Shown here piece after piece: positions 37,647-48,009 of a stretch of DNA of 64,000 nt; positions within the stretch are counted from its first letter, which is position 1, and every line of letters begins with the position of its first letter. The position numbers and the translations under genes are program-made. This stretch comes from an uncultured Nitrososphaerota archaeon. Its GTDB lineage: Archaea; Thermoproteota; EX4484-205; JAAOZP01. The stretch covers positions 79,691 to 143,690 of the forward strand of contig CAZWPT010000045.1 in assembly GCA_964635675.1 (NCBI GenBank). The letters run 5' to 3'. The notes below the pieces were generated by a model. The model was not told where the DNA came from and did not search any database. It saw only the letters and a list, made by a program, of their open reading frames with translations.

Positions 37647-38645
37647 TTGAAGAATCCGACAGTCGTGTTTCAGAAGCCTAAAAGTGTTGTCGTTGAAGAA
37701 AGGGAGACGCCTGACGTCAAGGGGGATGAGGTTCTCATAAGAACTAAGCGGAGCCTGATTAGCATAGGAACCGAGCTTACTATCTTAAGCGGAGAATTTC
37801 CTCCCCAGTCTTATTGGGCGGGCTATGGGAAATACCCGTTTGTCCCAGGCTACGATAATATAGGCTTAGTTGTCGATACGGGTCCAGATGCTGACCGGAG
37901 TCTAATAGGGAAAACCGTAGCCTCATACTCTCCTCACGCCATGTATGTTTCAGCCTCTCAGAAGGATGTTATGCTTGTACCTCAAGGTGTCTCGGAAGAG
38001 GAAGCGTCCTTCTTCACGATAGCTGAAATCGTTATGAACGGTGTTAGGAGAAGCCAGCTTTCCTTCGGAGAATCCGTCGTGATCTACGGTGCCGGGATAC
38101 TCGGCCAGTTGACCGTGAGGATTTGCAAGATGGCGGGCGCGATGCCAGTTATCGTAGTAGACGTATCGGATAATAGGCTTGAATACCTTCCTGAGAATAT
38201 TGTTAGGATAAACCCGTTGAAGCAGAATGTCGCCTCAGAAGTTGAGAAGCTGACTAAGGGGAGGATGGCGGATATTGTTTTCGAGGTTACTGGAAACCAG
38301 AACCTGATTGTTGAAGAGCTTAAATGCTTAAGAAGGCTTGGGAGATTCGTCGTTTTAAGCAGCCCAAGAGGACCAACTTATATAGACCTTCATGATTATT
38401 GCAATGCGCCAAGCTTCACTATAATAGGTGCACACAACTCTTCACACCCGCCTGTTGAAACCCTGAACAATCCGTGGAGCAGGAGGAGGCATGTCGAGCT
38501 CTTCTTCGACATACTACGTAGCAGGGAGCTGGATGTTTCCAGATTAATAACCCATAGAGTGTCCTATGCGGATGCTCCAGAAGTCTACGAGCAGCTCTTA
38601 AAGGACAGGACGAGAGCGCTGGGTGTAGTAATCCTCTGGGATTAA
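37647..38645 (+). CDS. MDR-family (zinc-binding-type) dehydrogenase
   Basis: SLISIGTE, PFVPGY, GAGILG, FEVTG and LITHR. Confidence 0.85.
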   Translation: MKNPTVVFQKPKSVVVEERETPDVKGDEVLIRTKRSLISIGTELTILSGEFPPQSYWAGYGKYPFVPGYDNIGLVVDTGPDADRSLIGKTVASYSPHAMYVSASQKDVMLVPQGVSEEEASFFTIAEIVMNGVRRSQLSFGESVVIYGAGILGQLTVRICKMAGAMPVIVVDVSDNRLEYLPENIVRINPLKQNVASEVEKLTKGRMADIVFEVTGNQNLIVEELKCLRRLGRFVVLSSPRGPTYIDLHDYCNAPSFTIIGAHNSSHPPVETLNNPWSRRRHVELFFDILRSRELDVSRLITHRVSYADAPEVYEQLLKDRTRALGVVILWD

Positions 38646-38719
38646 GGCTATGTGAATCCGGGACTCGTGAAAAAATTAAGCTGAAAAGTTTTTATAGGGA
38701 TGAGTTAGATGCCAACCCT

Positions 38720-39712
38720 ATGAATGAGCTTATAGAACCATTGATAACGATGGTAATTTCTCTAGTAGCCCTACTCGTAAGCAGCAACATAGCCATTAAA
38801 AATTCTGTAAAGCTCTCTGAATTAACTGGATTAGGAAAATCACGAATAGGCTTCACATTTGTAGCAACGTTAACCTCCCTTCCTGAGCTCGCAGTAACCC
38901 TGTTTGCAACAATATCTGGAGAAGCAGTGGTGTCCATAGGCAACGTCCTTGGGTCGAATGTTGCCAATATTTCTCTAATAATTGGGCTTGGGCTACTACT
39001 TTATGCTTTGAAATTAAAGAAAAAAGAGCTTGTTACTATTAAATTTAAGCCTGAAGAGCTCGATATGTTTTACCTTGGGATTTTCACGGCTTCGGTCATT
39101 CCTATTCTCTTGATAAGTTTTCTTCCTGCAAGCCAGATAGTTGGAGGACTACTTATAGTTATCTATATTTATTATACATACAAAATAATCGCTAAAAGAG
39201 AACTATTACTAGAAGAGCTCGAAGAACCAAGGGAAGCAAGCAAAAGTAAGAAAACCTTAATAACTTGCATAGTGCTGGCCATTTTAGGCATAATTGGGGT
39301 TGCATTGAGCGCAGACTTCCTAGTTGATTCGACTGTGAAACTAGCACTCCTACTCGAAGTATCGCCCTCCATAATATCGGCCACCATCATTGCTATAGGA
39401 ACGAGTTTCCCAGAACTCTTTATCTCCATTCAATCAATGTTGGCAGGTCATACAGATCTTGCTTTTGGCAACGTCGTAGGAAGTAATTTCACAAACATTA
39501 CGCTCATATTTGGCATAACACTTTTACTCTCCCCCGTTAGGCTGAACATCAAGGTTTTCTCGGACCTGGTTACATTTTCTATTCTTGCAAACATACTGCT
39601 GTGGTATCTCATGCATAGGGGAGGCCTCGGCTGGAGGGAAGGATTATACTTGCTAATACTCTACTCTTTATTCCTCTCATCCATTATGGGAATACTGGTT
39701 TTTCCGGAATAG
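38720..39712 (+). CDS. Ca2+/cation antiporter (CaCA/YrbG family)
   Basis: Two alpha repeats: TSLPEL...GNVLGSN and GTSFPEL...GNVVGSN. Confidence 0.92.
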   Translation: MNELIEPLITMVISLVALLVSSNIAIKNSVKLSELTGLGKSRIGFTFVATLTSLPELAVTLFATISGEAVVSIGNVLGSNVANISLIIGLGLLLYALKLKKKELVTIKFKPEELDMFYLGIFTASVIPILLISFLPASQIVGGLLIVIYIYYTYKIIAKRELLLEELEEPREASKSKKTLITCIVLAILGIIGVALSADFLVDSTVKLALLLEVSPSIISATIIAIGTSFPELFISIQSMLAGHTDLAFGNVVGSNFTNITLIFGITLLLSPVRLNIKVFSDLVTFSILANILLWYLMHRGGLGWREGLYLLILYSLFLSSIMGILVFPE

Positions 39713-39721
39713 GCCTAAAAA

Positions 39722-40120
39722 CTAGAGTTTAACAAACGACTCCTTAATCATTAACACTCCTCTCTTCCCTACAACCTTCCTCATAAGGCTTTGAACATCT
39801 TTGAATGTCCCCTTAGCGAAAATCGCCAACATGCATTTTTCCTCATCAAGATGAATATGGACGTCTGAAACAATAAGGTTTATGAAGCTGTGTTGAATAT
39901 CTGTTATCTCCTCCTCCAACCCGTGCATCCTGTGACTGTAAACTATCATCAACAAGCCCGCAACCCTATCTTCTTCCTCATGCGGAATGCTTAAGAAATT
40001 CCTTATCGCCTGCTGGACAACCTTAGACCTGTCGGATCTAATTGAACCCACAAAGTTGTCCAGCTCCTTTATCAAATCCCTAGGCAGCGAGATCGACGTC
40101 CTAACAATCCTGCCTGCCAT
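39722..40120 (-). CDS. nikR: Nickel-responsive regulator
   Basis: RHH N-terminus RTSISLP...RSKVVQQAIR; QH, HIHL and C nickel ligands. Confidence 0.88.
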   Translation of the reverse strand: MAGRIVRTSISLPRDLIKELDNFVGSIRSDRSKVVQQAIRNFLSIPHEEEDRVAGLLMIVYSHRMHGLEEEITDIQHSFINLIVSDVHIHLDEEKCMLAIFAKGTFKDVQSLMRKVVGKRGVLMIKESFVKL

Positions 40121-40156
40121 AGTTGAACTCCTTCAGATCAGTATTATAAACATTAC

Positions 40157-40636
40157 CTAGGTAGCGTTGCCAGCCACGTCTTTCTCTAAAAGTTTAACCA
40201 TCACGAGCGCGTCGCACCCGTTCGGATAATATCTTCTTCGCAATCCCATAGGGCTGTAGCCCAAAGACTCGTAGAGCCGGATCGCAGCCTCGTTATCAAC
40301 ACCCACTTCTAAACGAATAGCTTTAACACCGTCTGCCCTAAACCTAGATTCAAGCTCATGCATCAGCATTCTACCCACGCCTCTTCTCCTCAACCTGGGC
40401 TCTACAGCTATGGATACTACTCTTCCAAGGTTTCTTCCAGCAAGACTTCCGCAAACATACCCGGAAACTCCTCCCGAGCATTCGGCCACCAGGAAATATC
40501 TTGGGTACTGCTTCAACAGGATTGTGAAAACATCCATGGAGTAGGGATATCTTGGAAAGGAAGCATTCTCTATTCTCATTACTGCTTCTAAATCAGTCTT
40601 CCTGGCATCTCTCAGCAAACAGTCGTGTCCAAGCAT
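40157..40636 (-). CDS. rimI: RimI/Ard1-type N-terminal acetyltransferase
   Basis: SIAV, RRRGVG, LEV..DNEAAIRLYESLGY and YYPNGCDALVM. Confidence 0.88.
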   Translation of the reverse strand: MLGHDCLLRDARKTDLEAVMRIENASFPRYPYSMDVFTILLKQYPRYFLVAECSGGVSGYVCGSLAGRNLGRVVSIAVEPRLRRRGVGRMLMHELESRFRADGVKAIRLEVGVDNEAAIRLYESLGYSPMGLRRRYYPNGCDALVMVKLLEKDVAGNAT

Positions 40637-40727
40637 CTTTTCAGCCGTTGAACAATACGGTTTCTCTATGCCATTAAAACCTTACGCAAGCGTCGCCAGA
40701 AGTCTAAGTGTTCGAATAGAAGAGTTT

Positions 40728-43067
40728 TCAGCCTGTTCCGAATGCCATCAACCCCTTCCTAGGTTCTTGCAGCAGGGTCTGCTCATCTACCCCAAACACT
40801 TTTAGTATTCTCATTGCCGCTGGAATTATCTGGTTCTTAACATAGTACTCGTAATCAATATCCTTCTTCTCAACAAGCTGGTAGGGTCTAGCCCTCTCAC
40901 CTATTTTCGAAGACCCCCTTATAACAATGTAGCCAACCTTGTCTCCTACGTCTATTCTCCAGCCTCTCTTAGAGAGCTCGAGCGCAGCTAAAACGTGCGG
41001 CGCCCTGACTTCGTAGGCCTCCGGGGGCTTAGTCATCCTCTTCCATATGATCATCTTCTCCATCTCGATCTTACCGCTTCTGGTATCCGTAATAATGCTT
41101 CTGACGAAGGACACTGCTTTGCCAATATCCATTGTTTCAAGCACCGTCTTGAGAACCCCGAGCTGAGTCTCCTTAGCAATCTCCGCCCAATCACCCCTGA
41201 CAACCTCTAAGCCCACAACCTCGAGACCACCGTCTTCTAAAAGACCACCATACCTTTTCTTCGCCTCGGTGAAAAGTATCCTCCTGTATTTCTTGTCGAC
41301 CCTCGCCTCCATCTCAAGCTCATGCTCAATCCAGCTCAGCAATTCCTTAAGCTTCTCGCCATCCATGATGAAGATGCTGTCCGTATCCCCGTAGACTATC
41401 TTCATCCCCATTTGCCTGGCTTTCTCAATAGCCATTCTTATCGTATACCTTCCCCATTCCGCAACGGATTCAGCAACCTCCCTGAGATACCAGCGTGCAC
41501 CGATCCAGCCGGCGTAACCGTAAAGCGTGTTCGCAAGTATCTTTAGGGCTTTCTGCCTAGCGTCTAGAACCCGGTGTTCAACACCCCCCTCCTTAACGGT
41601 TTCAAGCCTCTTCCTCACGCTCCTCCTAGCCTCAAGGAGTTTCTGAAGCATGCTTGTGTATACCCCCCTGTAGTCCTTCCTAAACCTGTGCTTCGACTCG
41701 GGTGAGACGAAGCAATCCCTGCATTCCTCACCCTCAGGAACATACGTGTCAGGTGAAATATTATATTTCAACATGAGGTTAGGATACATGGATGAGAAAT
41801 CTATAACGCTAACATTCTCGTAAACCCCTTCCTGAGGTTGTAGAACTAGACCCCCCGCGTAAGGAACGTATGGCTTCTCAATCCTTTGAGGGATTAATTC
41901 CCCTAGGGAATAAGCCTCTCTGATCAAGTATGCCTCAGCCCTGTGGCCGGGGGAGGCTGTGAAAACATGGTCCATCGGCAGGCCGGTTATCTGGGAAAGC
42001 TGAATCGCGAAATCGCCCAGCATCATCCAAATCCTGTATACCAGCTTTGCATACTCCTCGGATTGTTTGAAAAGCCTCTCCGCCTCTGAAGAGCAAAGAT
42101 ACTCGGGGTATTTATGCTCAGGAATTCTGTATTCGACGCTTAAACTGAGTGACTGAGCATACTCGTCCAACGTATACTCCGTCAACTGCGGGTTTTCACG
42201 TGCATTGTGGAAAAGATCCATGTTGATCCTCCCTGTTACCGAGACGTGTCCGAAAACGCTTGTGTGAGGCTTAGCATAGTTTCGTCCAACCTCTAGCGGA
42301 ACATCAACCCTCTTGCACCTCTCTGCCAAATAACTCCAGTCCTCAGTTATACCGTACCCTACTATAATATCTGGATCTAAAGTTTTAACATGATTCAGAA
42401 AATCCTCTATAAGATGCTTGTCTGTTTTCCCGTCGTACTTAAACTGTCTCAACATCTTCCCGTCATAGGTAGATATTGCAACAATAGGATCATGCTCTGG
42501 CTTAGGAGACCCTTTTTCACCCACTTTAAGAAAATGCGCAGCCATCACGCGGAGCTCAGGAACCCCTTCTTCCTCCAATGGTTCAACTGTTTTAACCCTG
42601 AAGGTTTCAACATTGGGTAGGGATGGGAGGGACTCGTTGCTTTCAACTTCTGCTTCAAGCCAGGAGGACGGCGTGATGTTCTTCTCAAGAAGATACCTCG
42701 TCGAGAGCCTGATATCCCCTTCGTAAGCTTTTTCGAAAAGTTTAAGCTTCTCCAACTTTCCAACAGCCCTCTCAACATTTTCAGACCTGTCCACGTATAC
42801 TTTAACCACCCGGACAGGCTTCCCGAGAACCCTCTTGGAGCAGACCTCCATCCTGGTGACGCCGTAGCGCCTACCCTCAGGAATGGCTTCCCTAACTGCC
42901 TCCTCAGGTTCAATACTGCTCAAAGGCTTTAGGAAGAAAAAGTTTTCAACCTCGTCATCAACAAGTAAAACTCTTCTTCCAGCATCTGAAACCCCCCAGA
43001 GGAAAACAGCATCTCTGCCGGAAAGGAGATCCACATTTAGATCTAGAAGCCAGAGCTTCAGCCTCAA
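40728..43067 (-). CDS. polB: Family B DNA polymerase (PolB3-like) with degenerate exonuclease motifs
   Basis: YAGG, DFSSMYP, KILANTLYGY, YGDTDS, KKRY and GLEVVRGDW; C-terminal PIP-like QEPRKGLMAF. Confidence 0.93.
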   Translation of the reverse strand: MRLKLWLLDLNVDLLSGRDAVFLWGVSDAGRRVLLVDDEVENFFFLKPLSSIEPEEAVREAIPEGRRYGVTRMEVCSKRVLGKPVRVVKVYVDRSENVERAVGKLEKLKLFEKAYEGDIRLSTRYLLEKNITPSSWLEAEVESNESLPSLPNVETFRVKTVEPLEEEGVPELRVMAAHFLKVGEKGSPKPEHDPIVAISTYDGKMLRQFKYDGKTDKHLIEDFLNHVKTLDPDIIVGYGITEDWSYLAERCKRVDVPLEVGRNYAKPHTSVFGHVSVTGRINMDLFHNARENPQLTEYTLDEYAQSLSLSVEYRIPEHKYPEYLCSSEAERLFKQSEEYAKLVYRIWMMLGDFAIQLSQITGLPMDHVFTASPGHRAEAYLIREAYSLGELIPQRIEKPYVPYAGGLVLQPQEGVYENVSVIDFSSMYPNLMLKYNISPDTYVPEGEECRDCFVSPESKHRFRKDYRGVYTSMLQKLLEARRSVRKRLETVKEGGVEHRVLDARQKALKILANTLYGYAGWIGARWYLREVAESVAEWGRYTIRMAIEKARQMGMKIVYGDTDSIFIMDGEKLKELLSWIEHELEMEARVDKKYRRILFTEAKKRYGGLLEDGGLEVVGLEVVRGDWAEIAKETQLGVLKTVLETMDIGKAVSFVRSIITDTRSGKIEMEKMIIWKRMTKPPEAYEVRAPHVLAALELSKRGWRIDVGDKVGYIVIRGSSKIGERARPYQLVEKKDIDYEYYVKNQIIPAAMRILKVFGVDEQTLLQEPRKGLMAFGTG

Positions 43068-43166
43068 CTCTGAATACTATGTTAACTGGAGGATTTTAAG
43101 CTTTCTAGGATCCTTCAAAACGAACATCGTTCTAATCTTTTGCCTTTTCCTGAGGAGTTTAAAAAG

Positions 43167-43577
43167 CTACTTGCTGACAATTCTGACCTTCAGCAATCTA
43201 TGGATGTCTTCCGACTTGTTAATAATATTTTCATCAAACGTTGCAAAAATTTCCGCATGGATTTCAGCACAGATTACTAGATGAAACAAATCCAGGGTTC
43301 TAAGCTTAAGCTCTTCAGCCAGCTTCGGAGCTTTAATTATTATGTCGTTAAAATCTACGTCTATAACTTTAGCTCCAGATTGTTCAATCGAATAAAGAGC
43401 GAAAGCCATAGGGTTATCTAAATCAGCTCTGGAAAAAGCTGAAGCTAATTCCGCCAGAGTAAGCCTACTTACAGCTCTATTGCCTTCAAGCGTGCTGAGA
43501 AGGCTTTTTGCATCCCCGTGCTTTGAATCCAACTCGTCAACATAAGAGATAATGACATTCGTATCTAAGTAAATCAT
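43167..43577 (-). CDS. vapC: PIN-domain toxin (VapC-like)
   Basis: IYLDTNV, LAEL, LRTLDLFH and FATFD. Confidence 0.88.
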   Translation of the reverse strand: MIYLDTNVIISYVDELDSKHGDAKSLLSTLEGNRAVSRLTLAELASAFSRADLDNPMAFALYSIEQSGAKVIDVDFNDIIIKAPKLAEELKLRTLDLFHLVICAEIHAEIFATFDENIINKSEDIHRLLKVRIVSK

Positions 43578-43828
43578 CTGGCCCTGTCTTCCTCGAGCAG
43601 CTCGTTAAGACGACCGTGCCTAATCCTAAAATTCGTTTTCTTCAACTCCTCAACTTTTTCGTGGGCTGAATCCCAGAATTCAACCTCCTCGACAACCTTG
43701 CTGAGCCCTTTTTCAATCATTATGTTGAAAGCATGCGACCTGCTTTTCGCAAGGCCATACTTAACCATCTTATCGGCTAGCTCCATGAGCTCTTTGCGAA
43801 CCTTTACTGAGACTGTAACCGATACCAT
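43574..43828 (-). CDS. Antitoxin (RHH/VapB-like)
   Basis: VTVSVKV beta strand followed by helices; ATGA overlap with the PIN gene. Confidence 0.8.
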   Translation of the reverse strand: MVSVTVSVKVRKELMELADKMVKYGLAKSRSHAFNIMIEKGLSKVVEEVEFWDSAHEKVEELKKTNFRIRHGRLNELLEEDRAR

Positions 43829-43847
43829 GGTATACCATGTATACCAT
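43822..43847. promoter_or_regulatory. TA operator candidate: 14-bp palindrome CATGGTATACCATG plus three ATACCAT repeats
   Basis: Palindrome at 43826-43839 overlaps the antitoxin start. Repeats begin at 43822, 43832 and 43841. Minus-strand TTTTATA at about 43856-43862. Confidence 0.65.
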
Positions 43848-43916
43848 ACTCGACTATAAAAACATTTTGCTCGGTTGAAATATGATTGCGAGAGTCCTAC
43901 GCCGCTGGTGAAAAAA

Positions 43917-46900
43917 TTAAGTGGGTGAAGGTGGCGGAGGAAGCCTTTGTCCCCTCCTTCTCAGGATGATCGTTAGGACAAGCAGAGTAATCACCACCAC
44001 TATCGCCAAGCATACTATGGGCATCGTGTAGTTCGGCTTGAACATTGCAACAACAGTTTTGTCGCTATTCATCATTATGGTTGAGGATGGGCTGGTTGAA
44101 GAAGAGTCCCCGGACCATCCGGCAAACTCATAATAGCCCCCTAGGATTCCTAGGAGGCCCTCTATCTTAACCTGCGTCGGCGCAACGCTGAATGTGGCGG
44201 TCTCGTTAACTAGGTACCAGCCTGAGCCCTTGGTATCGCCATATGGCGACTCGACCTTCAGCTGAACGTAGGGCCCTATGGTGAAGACGCCGGAGATGTT
44301 CTCGCTACTATAGAAGCCATCTGAAACAATCACCTTAACCACGTAGTTTTCAGAAGAATCGTAGGGACTCGGATCCCATGTGATGGAATCCACAGTTAAA
44401 TCAATATCTATGGGAAGCCAGCTTTCTCCCCCGTCTGGGCTCATTAGAACAGTATAGTACAACGTGTCCCCGTCAGCATCCCTGCCTTCCCAGGATATCG
44501 TGAAGTTACTCCTCAGGCTCGAAACTATTTCCCCCGCCTTAGGGATGAGGACTTTCACCTGGGGCTTGTTGGCGGATGCAATCCTCCTGTCCAGAACCCT
44601 GTTCTCGGAATCCCTGAGTTCCACGATGCAAATATTCTCACTGAAAGGCAGGTAGAACATGAAGCTATACCTATCCGTATACATTTCTCCCCAGAACGTG
44701 GCGTTTATTCCAAACCTTGAAAGCTCAACCCCATTCGAGTCCAGCAACACTATCGAATAGTCCCCTGGTAAGCCTGGAGATTCAACCCTGCTAGCATTGC
44801 GTACTCTGAAAGGATCTAGGCGGCCAGTTCCATTCAGATAGATCACTCCGCTCACACGTATCGCCATCGGGTCTCCGCCAGAAGGATTAAACCATCCGAA
44901 CATCAGTCTTCTATACATTTCAGGCTGGATCCACCACGGAGCCCCTCCGCACGCCGACATTATGTAGCAACGTCCCGGTGCAATATACTCCTCATTGTTA
45001 ACCCAGTAGCCCTCTGGACATTGATGTGCTTCTGGGCATGAGTAGTCGTCGTAAGGCATCGGGCCTAAGACATGGTACATTTCGTGAGATAAACAGGAGA
45101 CGCAGGAATAGACATCTACGTAGGCTGCCTTTGGCCTAGACGAAGACCAGGTGCATCCTCCTCCACCTACAACTCGAAACGCTATGACGAAGTCATATCC
45201 AGCATCGTCAGCCATCCTCGCCAAGCCATTTGTACCATATAGGAAACTCCAGGCTGCGTTCCCTGAGCAAGTACACCAGTCTCTGCAGGCATCGTCGCAA
45301 GGATAGTTACAGTCTGTACAGGGACAGGTAGATCTAATATATGCATTATATTCTCTCCAACAAGTCAGGTATAAATTTCTAATCCGTATGGTTGGAACAA
45401 TATTCCAACGTATCGCGCCTTCCGCCGTCGGGTAGATTGCTTGAAGAAACTCGACCTGTTCCCTAGCTTTAGGTAACAATACGCCCGTTCTAAAAGCCGA
45501 TTCAGATGACCAATGCCCACCCAAATCAGTGTCTAAGGCACTTGTTCTTTCAGTAGCATTCTCAGCCCAAGGGTAGAAGAGGATTCTTATGGGCCTCGTT
45601 CTCACAACACGTTTAGTTGAACTGAATACATTGTTGTCTTCATCTATTTCTCTCACCCTATCTCCTATATCTGCTATAACACTATAAATTACTGTACCGC
45701 TTTCTCTCCTCTCACCCGTGTGGCTAGGAGGATAACCGAAAATGCAGTATTTTGGTCTGGGTGTAGAGCTAGGATAAGAGGCCGTATAGTAGCTTCCTAT
45801 AAACGGATCTCCTGTTAAGACACCAGTACCGGTATAAGAGTGCACCCTGGGGAGATATATGTCAGTTTCTCCTACATATCTGGAAGCCATATGATCTTCA
45901 ACTACTATTGTTCTTGAAAACATGCTCTGAGGAATTATAACAGTAGTTTCAACCCATCCTGAAGTAGCATCATGATTGTCAGGTAGTTCCCAATCCCATT
46001 CGGAGAATGGTAGAGAGAGACGTATATCAAATTGCACGGGAACTTTAGGCGTTCTGTCGCATATAGCCTGCACATTGATTTTAAAAATAGTCGACTTGCC
46101 CTCTACAAGAGGTACAGAATCCATTAATACTTGAACCGGGATCGCCGAAACCCTTACATCTACACGTAACCCCTTAAAGCTAACCGTAACAATTCTAACA
46201 TCCATTCCTTCAGGACCTGAAGGCTCGATTTCCTCCGGCTCTGTAGTGATTCTAAGCCTGAAATCGCGCTCCTCGCTGAGATAAGGATATCTGGTACCAA
46301 TCTGGATAGCGATTGTGCACACGAGATCCCTGCTGCCGACCACGCCTTCACAAGGGGGAGACAGAGTTACCCCCGGAATATCCAAGATGCTTCCTTCCGC
46401 CGTCACGAAGCAAGGAGTTATTCGAAAAGTCCTGTTTCCCACCCCCGATGTGCGTCTAACGGTGACCTCAAACAGGCTTTGTTCAGTCCCGCGCGCACGC
46501 CCCAAGACAATTTCGTCTAAATACACCACTGCCCTAGACTCGTCCCCCTCATCCGTCAAACGTCTAACCGTGACGCTGTATCTCCACGGAACCTCTTTTA
46601 TTCTTAAAGTGTATGTTTTCGAGGCTGTGAGCCCCTTGTCGTCCCTTACCCTAATTGTAACAGAGTATTCTCCGTGGCTTCCGATCAACGGAGTCCCACC
46701 TATGCTTATCCTGTCTGTTCTCCCCACGGGGCAGCAACCCACGACCTGCCAGGTTAGGTTGGTGCGTTCAGTCGACAAGCCGGTGACACTCCAGCTGTAT
46801 GGCGGTGTGCCTCCCGTAACCTGTATTGTCGCACCGTAGGGAGAGCCTTCAGTCGCCTCTGGGAGGGAATCTGGAGATATGGCGAGTCCTTCCACGTTAA

Positions 46901-47273
46901 TCGCGTAGTCTTTATAAACATATATCGGCTGAGGCTGGCCGAGAACTGTTATCCTAGCCTTCACGGTGAACTGGTATGTGCCTACGCTGGAGGGTGTTCC
47001 TGAAATGACCGCGTTATAAGCGTCCTGCTTGCTCAGCGTTAAGCCCGGCGGTAGGCTTCCTGAAGAGACTTCCCAATTGTCCACTGTTCTTTTCGGTTCA
47101 GTATAGAGCTGAACACTGTAGAACTGCCCTACAGCTGCGTTCGGAAGCGTATCGGGTTTGATGGTTAACTGCGCCAGAACAATAGTGAGGTTAAGGCTTA
47201 GAACAATCAGAAGAATAAACAGGATGGTGACGCTATACTTTTCACTCAATTTATCATTGTTCCGTGTTTTCAA
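43917..47273 (-). CDS. Large membrane-anchored surface protein: putative-Ig repeats, CARDB, Cys-rich segment, zincin (HExxH) metalloprotease domain, TM + polyPro tail
   Basis: Signal peptide; SGSLPPGLTL/GGTPPYSW Ig repeats; EIDEDNN; SHEMYHVLG; YIMS; C-terminal TM-RRR-PPPP. Confidence 0.78.
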   Translation of the reverse strand: MKTRNNDKLSEKYSVTILFILLIVLSLNLTIVLAQLTIKPDTLPNAAVGQFYSVQLYTEPKRTVDNWEVSSGSLPPGLTLSKQDAYNAVISGTPSSVGTYQFTVKARITVLGQPQPIYVYKDYAINVEGLAISPDSLPEATEGSPYGATIQVTGGTPPYSWSVTGLSTERTNLTWQVVGCCPVGRTDRISIGGTPLIGSHGEYSVTIRVRDDKGLTASKTYTLRIKEVPWRYSVTVRRLTDEGDESRAVVYLDEIVLGRARGTEQSLFEVTVRRTSGVGNRTFRITPCFVTAEGSILDIPGVTLSPPCEGVVGSRDLVCTIAIQIGTRYPYLSEERDFRLRITTEPEEIEPSGPEGMDVRIVTVSFKGLRVDVRVSAIPVQVLMDSVPLVEGKSTIFKINVQAICDRTPKVPVQFDIRLSLPFSEWDWELPDNHDATSGWVETTVIIPQSMFSRTIVVEDHMASRYVGETDIYLPRVHSYTGTGVLTGDPFIGSYYTASYPSSTPRPKYCIFGYPPSHTGERRESGTVIYSVIADIGDRVREIDEDNNVFSSTKRVVRTRPIRILFYPWAENATERTSALDTDLGGHWSSESAFRTGVLLPKAREQVEFLQAIYPTAEGAIRWNIVPTIRIRNLYLTCWREYNAYIRSTCPCTDCNYPCDDACRDWCTCSGNAAWSFLYGTNGLARMADDAGYDFVIAFRVVGGGGCTWSSSRPKAAYVDVYSCVSCLSHEMYHVLGPMPYDDYSCPEAHQCPEGYWVNNEEYIAPGRCYIMSACGGAPWWIQPEMYRRLMFGWFNPSGGDPMAIRVSGVIYLNGTGRLDPFRVRNASRVESPGLPGDYSIVLLDSNGVELSRFGINATFWGEMYTDRYSFMFYLPFSENICIVELRDSENRVLDRRIASANKPQVKVLIPKAGEIVSSLRSNFTISWEGRDADGDTLYYTVLMSPDGGESWLPIDIDLTVDSITWDPSPYDSSENYVVKVIVSDGFYSSENISGVFTIGPYVQLKVESPYGDTKGSGWYLVNETATFSVAPTQVKIEGLLGILGGYYEFAGWSGDSSSTSPSSTIMMNSDKTVVAMFKPNYTMPIVCLAIVVVITLLVLTIILRRRGQRLPPPPSPT

Positions 47274-47313
47274 TATATAAATATTGCGTCCCTCATTGTC
47301 GGTTTTAAGGAAG

Positions 47314-47769
47314 CTAAGAGTGATGCGTGAGAAGCTCTATTATGATTCCCAGCGGGCTCTTCGGATCCGTGTAGGCGTATGAGCCTCCTGTGAAACCTCC
47401 CTCCTGCTCTATTTCTATGCCCATTCCCCTTAGATTACTCTTAACCGATTCCATATCTCTCACGTTGAAAGCAATATGATGAATCCCCTCACCATGCTTT
47501 TCTAAAAATTCTCTCCATGTGCTTGGCCCCCCAACAGGCTCTATCAGCTCTATCGTTATGTTTTCAAGCTGTAGGAATGCTAGTTTGGCTCTTCCCTCCG
47601 CAGCCTTACCCCTATACTTCATGCCAGTCTTCTCATGCGGCTCGGTTTCAACTATGTTTGAAGCCTTTACGCCAAGAAGATTCTCCCAAACACCTATGCT
47701 TCTCTCAATGCTTCTAACAACAATCCCGACTTGGACGACTCTTCTAAACTCTGAAGCTGCTTTGCCCAT
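47314..47769 (-). CDS. VOC/glyoxalase family protein (methylmalonyl-CoA epimerase-like)
   Basis: QVGIVV, IELIEP, GEGIHHIAF and IELL. Start at ATG 47769 after TTTAAA. Confidence 0.88.
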   Translation of the reverse strand: MGKAASEFRRVVQVGIVVRSIERSIGVWENLLGVKASNIVETEPHEKTGMKYRGKAAEGRAKLAFLQLENITIELIEPVGGPSTWREFLEKHGEGIHHIAFNVRDMESVKSNLRGMGIEIEQEGGFTGGSYAYTDPKSPLGIIIELLTHHS

Positions 47770-48009
47770 GTTTTTCGATGCTCCCCCGCTTTTAAATGTC
47801 TTTCTAAGGTTAACGAATCGTTGACAGAACCTCCTTATGGCCTGTTTTGCTGGCAGCTGCGTAGCGAACGGGCTGATAGAGCAGGTTGAAGCAAGACAGG
47901 AAGGGTGAGCTTTCACAGTATGGGAAACATCTTCCAGAAATGATTTAAAAGGGATGGTTAGCAAAATAGCGCGCGCTACACGTGGGTAAGCCTATGCATC
48001 GCGTTGACT

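Noticed and set aside
47770..47964. Extended N-terminus of the VOC ORF
   Set aside because: Not protein-like and contains a TATA box; ATG 47769 fits the family length.
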